Below are positions 1 to 8,498 of a stretch of DNA of 64,000 nucleotides, piece by piece. Each line of letters opens with the position of its first letter. Positions within the stretch are counted from its first letter, which is position 1. Source of the DNA: a virus. The stretch is from positions 64,001-128,000 of IMG/VR virus record IMGVR_UViG_3300045988_120820. One strand, given 5' to 3'. Below the pieces are notes generated by a model that saw only the letters and a program-made list of their open reading frames with translations, did no database searches and had not been told where the DNA came from. A program made the position numbers and the translations under genes.

Positions 1-2
1 AA

Positions 3-230
3 AATGACACAGTTAATCATCCTTCACATTACACAGATACCAAGATAGAAGTTATGGATTATATAGAAGATAAACAATTAAATTTTGCTAGAGGAAATGT
101 AATAAAATATGTGTCCCGAGCAGGAAAAAAAGACCCAAATAAAGAACTCGAAGACCTTCAAAAAGGATTTTGGTATTTAAATAGAGAGATAGAAAGACTT
201 AAAAAATTGCAAGACAAAAATAATGAATAA
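3..230 (+). CDS. DUF3310-like phage protein, 5' end cut by window edge
   Basis: Frame open from window start to TAA at 228-230. Translation NHPSHYTDTKIEVMDYI..FARGNVIKYVSRAGKK..DLQKGFWYL shows the HPxHY / GNxxKYxxR pattern typical of DUF3310 proteins. Confidence 0.6.
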   Translation, partial: NDTVNHPSHYTDTKIEVMDYIEDKQLNFARGNVIKYVSRAGKKDPNKELEDLQKGFWYLNREIERLKKLQDKNNE

Positions 231-257
231 GTTTTTAATAATCTAAATAGAAAGGAG

Positions 258-755
258 GTGATTATTATACCAAATAAAAGTAATAAAATAGGTGCTAAAT
301 TTGAAAATAGATTAACAAAACAATTTGAAAAATACAGGAATGAAGGGAAGGCTTATATATTTAAAATTCCAACAGAATTTGTAGTATTAAGAAAAGGAGC
401 TAAAATCGTATCGGCTTTTCCTAAAAAACAATCACCTTGTCTAGATTACATAGGTATATTACCTAATGGAAAAAGCATAGTATTTGAGGCTAAAACAACA
501 GCTAATAAAACTTCATTTCCTCTTTCAAATATAAAAGACTATCAATATGATTTAATTGATGAGATTCAAAACTATGCAAATAATGTATTCTTTATAATAG
601 AATTTAGAGAATTTAAAGAAGTGTATTTAGTGAGTGGGCTAGCAATCAAAAAGTTTAAAGAAAATAACAAGCGTAAAAGTATACCGTATAAAGAGTTCAA
701 AAATATAGGTATATTAATGAATGATTTAGATGTGTTAAAATATATAAATTATTAA
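258..755 (+). CDS. recU: RecU-like Holliday junction resolvase
   Basis: 165 aa with GAKFENRLTKQFEKYRNEGKAYIFKIPT..DYIGILPNGKSIVFEAKTT, the RecU-type layout (FE..Y..G.A...K.PT, D-x-G, FE-x-K). No ATG at the 5' end: the GTG at 258 abuts the AGGAGG SD, so the exact start is uncertain. Confidence 0.6.
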   Translation: MIIIPNKSNKIGAKFENRLTKQFEKYRNEGKAYIFKIPTEFVVLRKGAKIVSAFPKKQSPCLDYIGILPNGKSIVFEAKTTANKTSFPLSNIKDYQYDLIDEIQNYANNVFFIIEFREFKEVYLVSGLAIKKFKENNKRKSIPYKEFKNIGILMNDLDVLKYINY

Positions 756-777
756 TAAAGGAGAGATGTAATATGAA
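735..777. repeat. 43-nt perfect direct repeat, copy 1 (gene-junction sequence)
   Basis: ttaaaatatataaattattaataaaggagagatgtaatatgaa is identical to 1443-1485. It spans the RecU 3' end, SD and start of the next gene. Confidence 0.9.
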
Positions 778-1432
778 AATGAATGAATGGGCTAAGCAAG
801 AAGTTAAAATATATAAAAAAGAGAATTCTACAGAAGAAGGTTTTGATTATGGAGGAGCTTGTGCGGAAAGTGCATTAAGAGCATTTAATTCATTATGCGA
901 GGACGGACATAGTGGACTATCTATTCAAGTAACACAGATAATGTTAAACAGATTAATTGATGGAAAGCCACTTACAGCAATAGAGGATATTCCAGAGAAT
1001 TGGAGTGAACCATACCAAACTACAAACAGTATGGAAGAAAATGGTGTTTGGAAATATGCATGTAAAAGAATGAGTGATTTATTCAAAACAGTATATCCAG
1101 ACGGAAAAGTGGAATATTTAGATATGAACAGAGATATAGCAGTAGATATAAATTCAGAAGTAACATATGGTTGGGGAGGAGCTACAAGATTAGTGAATGA
1201 ACTATTTCCTATAAAATTTCCATATTATCCACCAACTAAGCCATATAAAGTATATGTTGAGGACTTTTTAACAGACCCAGAACATGGAGATTTTGACACA
1301 GTAGGATATTTTTATATAATAACTCCAGATGGAGAAAGGGTTGAAGTTAATAAATTCTACTATTACCCAGATGGAAATAACAAAGTTGAAATAACAAGAG
1401 AAGAATACGATAAATTAAAAGCAAAAAAATAA
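773..1432 (+). CDS. hypothetical protein
   Basis: 219-aa ORF with GGAGAG SD 7 nt upstream of the ATG. No recognisable motifs. Confidence 0.7.
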   Translation: MKMNEWAKQEVKIYKKENSTEEGFDYGGACAESALRAFNSLCEDGHSGLSIQVTQIMLNRLIDGKPLTAIEDIPENWSEPYQTTNSMEENGVWKYACKRMSDLFKTVYPDGKVEYLDMNRDIAVDINSEVTYGWGGATRLVNELFPIKFPYYPPTKPYKVYVEDFLTDPEHGDFDTVGYFYIITPDGERVEVNKFYYYPDGNNKVEITREEYDKLKAKK

Positions 1433-1442
1433 ACCACAATAA

Positions 1443-1485
1443 TTAAAATATATAAATTATTAATAAAGGAGAGATGTAATATGAA
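1443..1485. repeat. 43-nt perfect direct repeat, copy 2
   Basis: Identical to 735-777. Here it is intergenic sequence plus the start of the dUTPase gene. Confidence 0.9.
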
Positions 1486-2218
1486 TTTTAATATAGGTGA
1501 TAAAGTAAGAATAAGAGAGGATTTAAATGAATATAATTTTCATGATATAATTCCAGAGATGTTAAAATATAGAGGGAAGGAATTTGAAATAATAGATATA
1601 CGTTATAATGCTATCTTTGGTAAATGTTATGTGTTAAACGATGTTGATTATTTTTGGTATGGAGATGCGTTAGAATTAGTAAATGAATCAGAAATTAAAA
1701 TATTAGGTGTCGATTATACAACAAGCACATTAAAAATAGAAGAAAGTGTCTCACAAAAAGTAAGGGGATTTGAAATTGTGTCTGATGAATTTAGAAAACA
1801 TCCAGACGTAGATATACAATTGCCTAAACGTGGAACTAAAAAATCAGCAGGATATGATATATGTACTCCTATAGATATAATTATCCCTCCCAATGGTATA
1901 TCTGATGCAATTCAAACTGATTTAAAAGCATATATGTTAGAAGACGAAGTATTAGAAATAGTACCAAGAAGTAGTATAGGATTTAAAAAAGGATTGATGT
2001 TGATTAATACTGTAGGAATAATAGATTCAGATTATTATAGCAACCCAGATAACGATGGTAATATAGGATTTAAATTTAAAAATTTAACAGATAAAACAGT
2101 AGAAATAAAAGCTGGAGAAAGAATATTACAAGGGATATTTAAAAAATATTTAACAACAGATTATGACGATTGTGATATTGAGAGAATGGGCGGAATAGGA
2201 AGTACGGGGATTGAATAA
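1481..2218 (+). CDS. dut: dUTP diphosphatase with ~100-aa N-terminal extension
   Basis: C-terminal half carries the five trimeric dUTPase motifs: AGYDI, PRSSIG, GIIDSDYY, GERILQGIF, RMGGIGSTG. The first ~100 aa have no recognisable motif. Confidence 0.8.
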   Translation: MNFNIGDKVRIREDLNEYNFHDIIPEMLKYRGKEFEIIDIRYNAIFGKCYVLNDVDYFWYGDALELVNESEIKILGVDYTTSTLKIEESVSQKVRGFEIVSDEFRKHPDVDIQLPKRGTKKSAGYDICTPIDIIIPPNGISDAIQTDLKAYMLEDEVLEIVPRSSIGFKKGLMLINTVGIIDSDYYSNPDNDGNIGFKFKNLTDKTVEIKAGERILQGIFKKYLTTDYDDCDIERMGGIGSTGIE

Positions 2219-2301
2219 AAAATAATTAATAAAATTTTTATCGGATAGGTAATTTTAGTTGCTTATCCGATAATATATAAGTGTAGAAAGGACGTGATAA
2301 A

Positions 2302-2478
2302 ATGAACAGATATGATATATTACATGAATTAACATTAGAACAATTAGCCGAAGTATTGGGCAAATATAAATTATGTAATATATGTAAATACCAATCAGAT
2401 AATAAATGTCTAAGTATTTCACATAAAGAAAGTAATTGTTATGAAGGTATAGAACTATTTTTAAGAGAGGAGATATAG
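2302..2478 (+). CDS. hypothetical small Cys-rich protein (58 aa), below the ORF-track size cutoff
   Basis: Hand translation gives MNRYDILHELTLEQLAEVLGKYKLCNICKYQSDNKCLSISHKESNCYEGIELFLREEI. AAAGGA SD upstream. Co-oriented and tightly packed with its neighbours. Confidence 0.5.
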   Translation: MNRYDILHELTLEQLAEVLGKYKLCNICKYQSDNKCLSISHKESNCYEGIELFLREEI

Positions 2479-2480
2479 AT

Positions 2481-2708
2481 ATGAAAATAGGAGATAAGGT
2501 TAAATTAATAATAACTGAAAGTGAATTGGATAAAATATTAAAAGATAACAAAGATTTGGAAAATGAAATCATGGAATGTTACAATGTAAAGATAGGAATA
2601 ATAGTTGATAAATTTTTACCAAGTAAATTCATTTCAGAAAATTATTATTGTTTAAATACAAATGACAATGTGGCTTGGAAAGAGAGTGAATTAGAATTAA
2701 TAGATTAG
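2481..2708 (+). CDS. hypothetical protein
   Basis: 75-aa ORF with GAGAGGAG SD upstream; packed in the + operon. Confidence 0.6.
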   Translation: MKIGDKVKLIITESELDKILKDNKDLENEIMECYNVKIGIIVDKFLPSKFISENYYCLNTNDNVAWKESELELID

Positions 2709-2718
2709 GAGGTATGAT

Positions 2719-2868
2719 ATGCTTGTGTTAACTCTAGTTTTAATGGGGCTTTTGATTGGAATAATATTCAGTTGTTTAGGTTATACCGTAGATTTACCAA
2801 CGTATATTTTTACTTGTGTGAGTTGGTTTATAGGTACACTTATAGTTGAATGGTGGGATAAGAAATGA
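2719..2868 (+). CDS. small hydrophobic (2-TM-like) protein, 49 aa
   Basis: Hand translation MLVLTLVLMGLLIGIIFSCLGYTVDLPTYIFTCVSWFIGTLIVEWWDKK. TAGGAGG SD at 2705-2711. Confidence 0.45.
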   Translation: MLVLTLVLMGLLIGIIFSCLGYTVDLPTYIFTCVSWFIGTLIVEWWDKK

Positions 2869-3020
2869 AACTTTTAATTAATTTTATATTATTAATTATA
2901 CTTAGTTATGTTTTAGAAGAATCTTTTAAATTAGTAAAACCATACAAACATATAATGATTGCAACCATTATTTTCTTTGCTATATTAATATTTTTTAATA
3001 GTTTTGATTTATTATTTTAG
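2865..3020 (+). CDS. small hydrophobic protein, 51 aa
   Basis: ATGA start/stop overlap with the previous ORF. Translation MKLLINFILLIILSYVLEESFKLVKPYKHIMIATIIFFAILIFFNSFDLLF. Confidence 0.4.
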   Translation: MKLLINFILLIILSYVLEESFKLVKPYKHIMIATIIFFAILIFFNSFDLLF

Positions 3021-3032
3021 GGAGGATATATT

Positions 3033-3383
3033 ATGAAAATGAATAAAAAAGAATTACAACAGTTTGATAGTTATGTAGAAGAACTAGGAAGAGGACTTAA
3101 AAATACAATATTATGGGAATCAAGTGATAAATATTTAAGACAGCAATGCGAATACAAATATGATTCATTTTTAGTAAATTATATTGAACGCTATATGGAT
3201 ATTCAATATGAAGATATAAAAAACGATATGAAATTAAAATCAAGATTTGATAAAATTTTATTTCCAGTATTAAAAGATATGAGAGAAGAGTTAAAAGTTG
3301 AACACGAAGAAAAAATAAAGGAAGAAAGAAAAAGAGCAAGAGAAAAAGAAATGAAAAAAGGACATAAACGTAAAAAGAAATAG
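3033..3383 (+). CDS. hypothetical protein with basic Lys/Arg-rich C-terminus
   Basis: 116-aa ORF with GGGAGGA SD. It is the last gene of the + block. Confidence 0.65.
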   Translation: MKMNKKELQQFDSYVEELGRGLKNTILWESSDKYLRQQCEYKYDSFLVNYIERYMDIQYEDIKNDMKLKSRFDKILFPVLKDMREELKVEHEEKIKEERKRAREKEMKKGHKRKKK

Positions 3384-3402
3384 TCCAAAAAATAAAAAAG
3401 TT

Positions 3403-3440
3403 GGGATAGATGTTAATTTAAAACACCTATCCCTTTATTT
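3403..3440. terminator. bidirectional intrinsic terminator between convergent gene blocks
   Basis: GGGATAG (3403-3409) pairs with CTATCCC (3427-3433). T-runs follow the hairpin on both strands. Confidence 0.6.
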
Positions 3441-3534
3441 ATGTTTATTTTTACAGGTATAAATACCTTATGAGAAATTTCAAACGCCTTAGAATCGATT
3501 TTACAGCGTCGTTATTTCTGCAATACTCGGAAAT

Positions 3535-4449
3535 TTATATAATTTCTAAATATTTTTTATTGACAAACCCATAATCTGTATTTGTATAAACAGATACCCA
3601 TCCATTCAATGAATATCCTATAGTTACAATTTCACCTTTCTTTAATACAAATTTAACTTTACCTAAATTACCATTTTTATCTGGTCGTGTATCTCTAACA
3701 TTTAAAGTTGTGCAATTAATTACTTTCGCTTGAACATTATAAGCTTTCTTGTCTTCTATTGTTTTATTGGCAACTGTAGTTTCATTTGAAGTTTTTACTT
3801 CTTCTCCATATTTATATGCTTTTAATAATGGATAGAAATTATTTTCAAATGCTTTTTTAGTATTTCCAAATCCCATAAAGTTAGTACCAGGACATGATTT
3901 TCTTGATTTACCAGGATAATAATTCCATAAACAAGTACCACCAGAAGTAAACCATGCATGAGGTCTTATATAAGTAGAAGTTATAGGTATATTGCATTTT
4001 TTAGCTAGTAAAGCATATACAAATATAACAGCTTTCTTTTGTTCTTTTGTCATTATATCTTGCCCTTTATCAAAATTACCATATATTTCAATACAAATCG
4101 CATTAGTATTCCATCCTGCTATACCTATAGGTGTACTATTTAAGTGTCTACCAGTTGTTATTTTCCCATTAGGAAATATAGAAAAATGTTGTGCTATATA
4201 ATGTCCATAACCGTCAGAACTATGCCAAGTTTGTTTTCCATATGCATCTAAAGCTAAAGTTCTCCCTAATTCTCTATTATCACCATACACTCTTTTATCT
4301 GTATTATTCCAAGTTGAATAATCGGGTAATCCCATATGGTGTACTTGTAATCTAGTTATTTTTCTAGTTGGATGTTGTTTATCTAACCATTCTTTGAATT
4401 CTTTTTCAGTTTCTAATAATGTGAATCCATTTTGTGTTTTCATTATCAA
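3535..4449 (-). CDS. endolysin: N-acetylmuramoyl-L-alanine amidase (Amidase_2/PGRP type) + C-terminal SH3-like wall-binding domain
   Basis: Motifs VHHMG, GWNTNAICIEIYGNF, RPHAW..KSCPGTNF. C-terminus NVRDTRPDKNGNLGKVKFVLKKGEIVTIGYSLNGWVSVY is SH3-like. It lies next to the holin. Confidence 0.85.
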   Translation of the reverse strand: MIMKTQNGFTLLETEKEFKEWLDKQHPTRKITRLQVHHMGLPDYSTWNNTDKRVYGDNRELGRTLALDAYGKQTWHSSDGYGHYIAQHFSIFPNGKITTGRHLNSTPIGIAGWNTNAICIEIYGNFDKGQDIMTKEQKKAVIFVYALLAKKCNIPITSTYIRPHAWFTSGGTCLWNYYPGKSRKSCPGTNFMGFGNTKKAFENNFYPLLKAYKYGEEVKTSNETTVANKTIEDKKAYNVQAKVINCTTLNVRDTRPDKNGNLGKVKFVLKKGEIVTIGYSLNGWVSVYTNTDYGFVNKKYLEII

Positions 4450-4463
4450 TCAACTCCTTTATA

Positions 4464-4500
4464 AAATAAAAAAAAGAGTAGACAAATTAACATCTACTCT
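4464..4500 (-). terminator. intrinsic terminator between holin and endolysin
   Basis: AGAGTAGA (4475-4482) pairs with TCTACTCT (4493-4500). On the minus strand the hairpin is followed by a T8-containing run. Confidence 0.55.
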
Positions 4501-4510
4501 TTAGTAATTA

Positions 4511-4777
4511 TTATTTTTTATCTTTATTAATTAAATTTCTATAAGCCTCATACAATCCAGTACTTGCTAATCCTGTAATTAAACCACTTAAAATTACATT
4601 AAAATTATAACTTTGAGCATTAACTATTGCAACAAGCATACCTACAATTCCCATAATTAAAGGTATATATCTATTTGGTATTTTAGGTATTGAAGTTTTA
4701 ATTATATACCCAATCGCTAAGCAAAATAACATTACACCACCATTTATTAAACTCATGTATAAATCTAAATCAATCAT
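4511..4777 (-). CDS. holin (small multi-TM protein with charged C-terminus)
   Basis: 88 aa with hydrophobic segments and a KDKK tail. It sits immediately upstream of the endolysin. Confidence 0.7.
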   Translation of the reverse strand: MIDLDLYMSLINGGVMLFCLAIGYIIKTSIPKIPNRYIPLIMGIVGMLVAIVNAQSYNFNVILSGLITGLASTGLYEAYRNLINKDKK

Positions 4778-5079
4778 TATTTTTCACCTTCTCTTTCATG
4801 TTGTTTTATATCTCTAATATCCAATTTTAAATCATCCATATCATGTTTTAAATCGTCAATTTTAACATTTGTATCTCTTACTTCATTACTTATTCCTTTT
4901 ATGGTCAATGAGAATTCATTTACAGTTTTATGAAATTCTTCTACTGAAGTTTTATATAAGTCTCTATTTTGATTAGCCTCGTTTAAAACTTGTTGTATTA
5001 AAATCCATACTAATATTACAAAAACACCCATTGCACCATAATTACTTAACACCTCCAATAAATCCATTATTAGCACCAC
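4777..5079 (-). CDS. BhlA/UviB-like holin-associated protein (N-terminal TM + coiled coil)
   Basis: 100 aa: GAMGVFVILVWILIQQVL followed by a charged coiled coil. The architecture matches BhlA/UviB family proteins. 1-nt overlap with the holin start. Confidence 0.55.
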   Translation of the reverse strand: MVLIMDLLEVLSNYGAMGVFVILVWILIQQVLNEANQNRDLYKTSVEEFHKTVNEFSLTIKGISNEVRDTNVKIDDLKHDMDDLKLDIRDIKQHEREGEK

Positions 5080-5099
5080 CTTTCTTTATTAATTATTTA

Positions 5100-5795
5100 T
5101 TATAAGGTTATAGTTATTTCAATATATGGTCGAGTACTACCCGTACCACTAAAATATCCATAATCTGTAACTGCGAATCCAGTTGGTGCTAATAGTCTAA
5201 AACCATCAATAGTACCATTTTGGATAGATTGTATTGCTGTACTATTTAATGTTAATGTTAAAGTTCCTCCTTTATTAAAATGAGTACTACTACAATATTG
5301 AGTAGAATTAACATTATTCATTGAAAAGTTTGTAGGTCTATAAGTATTCATATTAGTTGCTCCACTTATTATAGTGTTTAATCCTGCATAATAATACGAA
5401 TGTAAATTAGTTAATTTTAATTTCACGCTTGATATTGTTCCTAATTGTCTAGCTTGTTCAAATAAACTTTTAAAACATATTATTCCTAAATAATTAAAAT
5501 TAGGATAATAACCTTGATATATTCTATCTCTTCTATCATCGTTGAAATTATCTGTAAATGTTCCAGTTGTACTAGAGCCACGATAACTTCCACTCCAATC
5601 AGCATAACCTTTTATAATATATGGTGAAGATGGAGTTGAACCTCCACCTCCAGAAGAGCCATTGCCTAAATCTATTCTTTCCATACCATTAGAAGTTTTT
5701 TTATAAACAGGACAAATTTCCATACCATTAGAAGTTTTTCTATAGATAAGTATGTTATTTAATGAACCATTTTTATTGATGTATATACCACTCAT
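5100..5795 (-). CDS. hypothetical tail-fibre-module protein with internal 13-codon duplication and Gly/Ser linker
   Basis: 231 aa. Contains YRKTSNGMEICPVYKKTSNGMERID followed by GSSGGGGS. Last structural gene before the lysis cassette. Confidence 0.6.
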   Translation of the reverse strand: MSGIYINKNGSLNNILIYRKTSNGMEICPVYKKTSNGMERIDLGNGSSGGGGSTPSSPYIIKGYADWSGSYRGSSTTGTFTDNFNDDRRDRIYQGYYPNFNYLGIICFKSLFEQARQLGTISSVKLKLTNLHSYYYAGLNTIISGATNMNTYRPTNFSMNNVNSTQYCSSTHFNKGGTLTLTLNSTAIQSIQNGTIDGFRLLAPTGFAVTDYGYFSGTGSTRPYIEITITL

Positions 5796-5806
5796 AAAAA
5801 TCCCTC

Positions 5807-8089
5807 CTAATTAATATTTGAAATTTGTGAATCTGTTAAAACTGAATCATATACTTTAATGTACTCATAATCAGAATAACTATTTGTAGCATTATATAAG
5901 TATTTTAATGTTGAAGCTCGTTTTGTATAAATTCCTTGATATTTAGTACCACCTACATTTAAAGTTAATTGCTTTTTAGATGAATCACATCTCATAATTA
6001 AAATTATTTCTCCTGTAGCAACTTTACCTTTTACACTATCACCATTGATTGTAGCTTGATAAACTGTATTTGAAGGCATTATATTACAAGCCATATTATC
6101 AGTCCAATTTCCTGTTCCTGCTCCTAAAGTCACAATGTTATCGCCAGAAGATGATACACTTGCATTTGTAGGATTAACTAATATTTTAGCCACCAATGTA
6201 TAACTATTTAAATTTAATGAACTAACATTGCATAAGAAATATTTGTTTCCATCAAATCTAACTCTACCATTAACCTTTTGCACAGTGCCATTAATTGTAG
6301 CTGATTTATCTCCTACTAAATCCACCCATTTACTTGCTCCACTCGTAAAATTAGATGCATTTAATTCAAATACAGGATTAGGAACAGTTGTGATAGTTGT
6401 CACTGTAGCACTTGCTGTAATTGCTACATTACCAGTAACTTTAGATATGTTAATTGTATTGTTTGCCACTGAAGTAGAAGTTATATTTGTTCCACCCATT
6501 GTAACTACTATAGAATTAATAGTATATCCATTATAAGCTGTTAATTTTGCACTATATGATTTATTTTTTTCTATACTTGTCATATCATTATTTGTAATTA
6601 CATTAGTTAAGTTATTTGAAATAACATATTTATCAATACTTGGAGTAGTACTTCCTCCACTAGAAGCTCCATCTATTTTTATTAATATATCATTTACCCT
6701 AGCATCTGAAGGAAATTCTGAACCTGTATAAATTCTGATTCCATTTATTTCAATACAACCTAATGCTAATCTACTATTATTGATTTCTCCATTTTTCTTC
6801 ATTTCAAATTGAGAATTGTCAACGTTATAATCTATTTTTCCTTCAACTGAAACATTTATATCTCCGTTAACATCTAATCTATCTGTTACATTTTTTACCG
6901 AATTAACTTCATTTATATCAGCTTTGTTAACATAAGCTTTATCAAATCTATATTTTTCTGAACCTAAACTAGAACTTATCCCTCTTCCGTAGGGTATTAA
7001 ACCTTCTTTGGTTGTACGAATAGCTCTAGTTTCATTGCCATCTTCAGTAATCATACCTTTGTAACCGTCTATCTCTTTAACTAATAAACCTTTTGTTTCA
7101 TTTATTTTTTCGATGTAATTATCATGTGTATGATTTATATCAGCATATTTTTTATCGCAATTATTTTTAAAATCTGTTAGAGTAGTTTTAACACTATCTT
7201 GTAAATCTTTTATGTCTTTTTCACTAGCAAATCCATCAAAATCAATATTGTTATTGTCCATAATTATTTCAACTAACCATGTACCTATATAACTTAATCT
7301 ACACTTATAATAACCTCTAGCAAGTCTATAAATATAATCTTTTTCTGCACTTCTAAATGTTGCATAAATCACTTCTGATGTATTTATGTATAGTATAAAT
7401 TCATTATGAAAGCTTATACTAGGAAGTTTTATAACCAAATCATTATTTGTAGTTACACTTTGATATTTATCTAAAGATAAACTTATTTCTCCGTTTACAG
7501 GAAGTTTATTTACAACTAAATTGTCTAATGAATAATATAAAGCATCTTCTATTTTATTCATTTTTTGTGCTGTTATAGTGTCTTTATCATACCATGTAGT
7601 TTTATTATATCTTTTATTTACATCAAATATATTTATGGGGTCTCCTATAGTTATATGAGAACTTCCTACACCACCTTGATTTATTCCACTTGAAGTATCT
7701 TCTGAATAATCAATTATGGGATTTACATGAAATTGATTATAAACTATAGGTAAATGGATTTCACTGTTATCCTTACCAAATAATTTTATTTGAAAATTAT
7801 AATCTCCTATTTCTACAACTTCATCAACTATATCTTCTGTTACTTTTAAAATTATTTCGTTGATATCCACTGCTGTTTTAGGAAGAACTACTTTAGTTTT
7901 ATTAGGTTTTTCTAATGTTATTTGAGAATAACTAGCACCTTCTATACCTTCACCATTGGAAAACTTATAAGGAAAGCCATCAACAGTAAAATAAAGTACT
8001 ATATCTTTATCTTTTTTACTTAAAAATACATCTCTATCTAATGTCGCTTTACCACTTTTTATTTTTATATTAAATTTACCGTACATCAT
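5807..8089 (-). CDS. tail fibre / receptor-binding protein (BppU-like N-terminus, ~75-aa repeat module, C-terminal LamG/ConA-like lectin domain)
   Basis: 760 aa. N-terminus KFNIKIKSGKATLDRDVFLSKKDKDIVLYFTVDG. The C-terminus ends YIKVYDSVLTDSQISNIN, typical of LamG-type domains. Its repeat module is shared with 37349-39166. Confidence 0.7.
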   Translation of the reverse strand: MMYGKFNIKIKSGKATLDRDVFLSKKDKDIVLYFTVDGFPYKFSNGEGIEGASYSQITLEKPNKTKVVLPKTAVDINEIILKVTEDIVDEVVEIGDYNFQIKLFGKDNSEIHLPIVYNQFHVNPIIDYSEDTSSGINQGGVGSSHITIGDPINIFDVNKRYNKTTWYDKDTITAQKMNKIEDALYYSLDNLVVNKLPVNGEISLSLDKYQSVTTNNDLVIKLPSISFHNEFILYINTSEVIYATFRSAEKDYIYRLARGYYKCRLSYIGTWLVEIIMDNNNIDFDGFASEKDIKDLQDSVKTTLTDFKNNCDKKYADINHTHDNYIEKINETKGLLVKEIDGYKGMITEDGNETRAIRTTKEGLIPYGRGISSSLGSEKYRFDKAYVNKADINEVNSVKNVTDRLDVNGDINVSVEGKIDYNVDNSQFEMKKNGEINNSRLALGCIEINGIRIYTGSEFPSDARVNDILIKIDGASSGGSTTPSIDKYVISNNLTNVITNNDMTSIEKNKSYSAKLTAYNGYTINSIVVTMGGTNITSTSVANNTINISKVTGNVAITASATVTTITTVPNPVFELNASNFTSGASKWVDLVGDKSATINGTVQKVNGRVRFDGNKYFLCNVSSLNLNSYTLVAKILVNPTNASVSSSGDNIVTLGAGTGNWTDNMACNIMPSNTVYQATINGDSVKGKVATGEIILIMRCDSSKKQLTLNVGGTKYQGIYTKRASTLKYLYNATNSYSDYEYIKVYDSVLTDSQISNIN

Positions 8090-8097
8090 ATCACCTC

Positions 8098-8487
8098 CTA
8101 TTTACCAAAACAAGTTAAAAACACTGTAAAACTACCTTCTAATTTTATCTTTGAATCCAAATGTCTTAATCCTATTTTTACTTTATCTTTTCCAGACGGA
8201 ACAGCTACAACATTTAGATTGCTATAAATGTATTTTGTAGATTCACAACTACAAGCTACTGTGAGAATCACATTAGGAAATGATTTTTTTAATGTGATTT
8301 CTTGTGTTATATTTTCCGAACTACCATCAGCAGTTAATGAAATAGTCATACATTCTACTATCATTCCATTTATGTTATTGTAAATATAATCGTCACCTAA
8401 TGTAACTGAACTTGAATTATCTCCAACTGTAGTTGTTCCTAATGATTGCCATGCCCCATCAACCTTGCCTAATATTGATAAATTCAT
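8098..8487 (-). CDS. hypothetical structural-module protein
   Basis: 129-aa ORF, tightly packed, with SD present. Confidence 0.6.
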   Translation of the reverse strand: MNLSILGKVDGAWQSLGTTTVGDNSSSVTLGDDYIYNNINGMIVECMTISLTADGSSENITQEITLKKSFPNVILTVACSCESTKYIYSNLNVVAVPSGKDKVKIGLRHLDSKIKLEGSFTVFLTCFGK

Positions 8488-8498
8488 TAAATCACCTC

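Noticed and set aside
2255-2572. 105-aa minus-strand ORF in the + strand early block. The same applies to the other 60-110-aa ORFs antisense to long genes, e.g. 3097-3388, 3992-4201, 6228-6536, 10015-10221, 10855-11694, 14132-14323, 14846-15170, 15992-18039, 20955-24447, 30840-31493, 36928-37146, 39988-40197, 57054-57723, 60255-60470, 63079-63312 and 63532-63777.
   Set aside because: They have a low-complexity Ile/Leu/Phe/Tyr-rich composition typical of antisense frames in very AT-rich DNA. They have no SD and overlap well-supported genes on the other strand. At 2302-2708 two SD-preceded + strand ORFs explain the region better.
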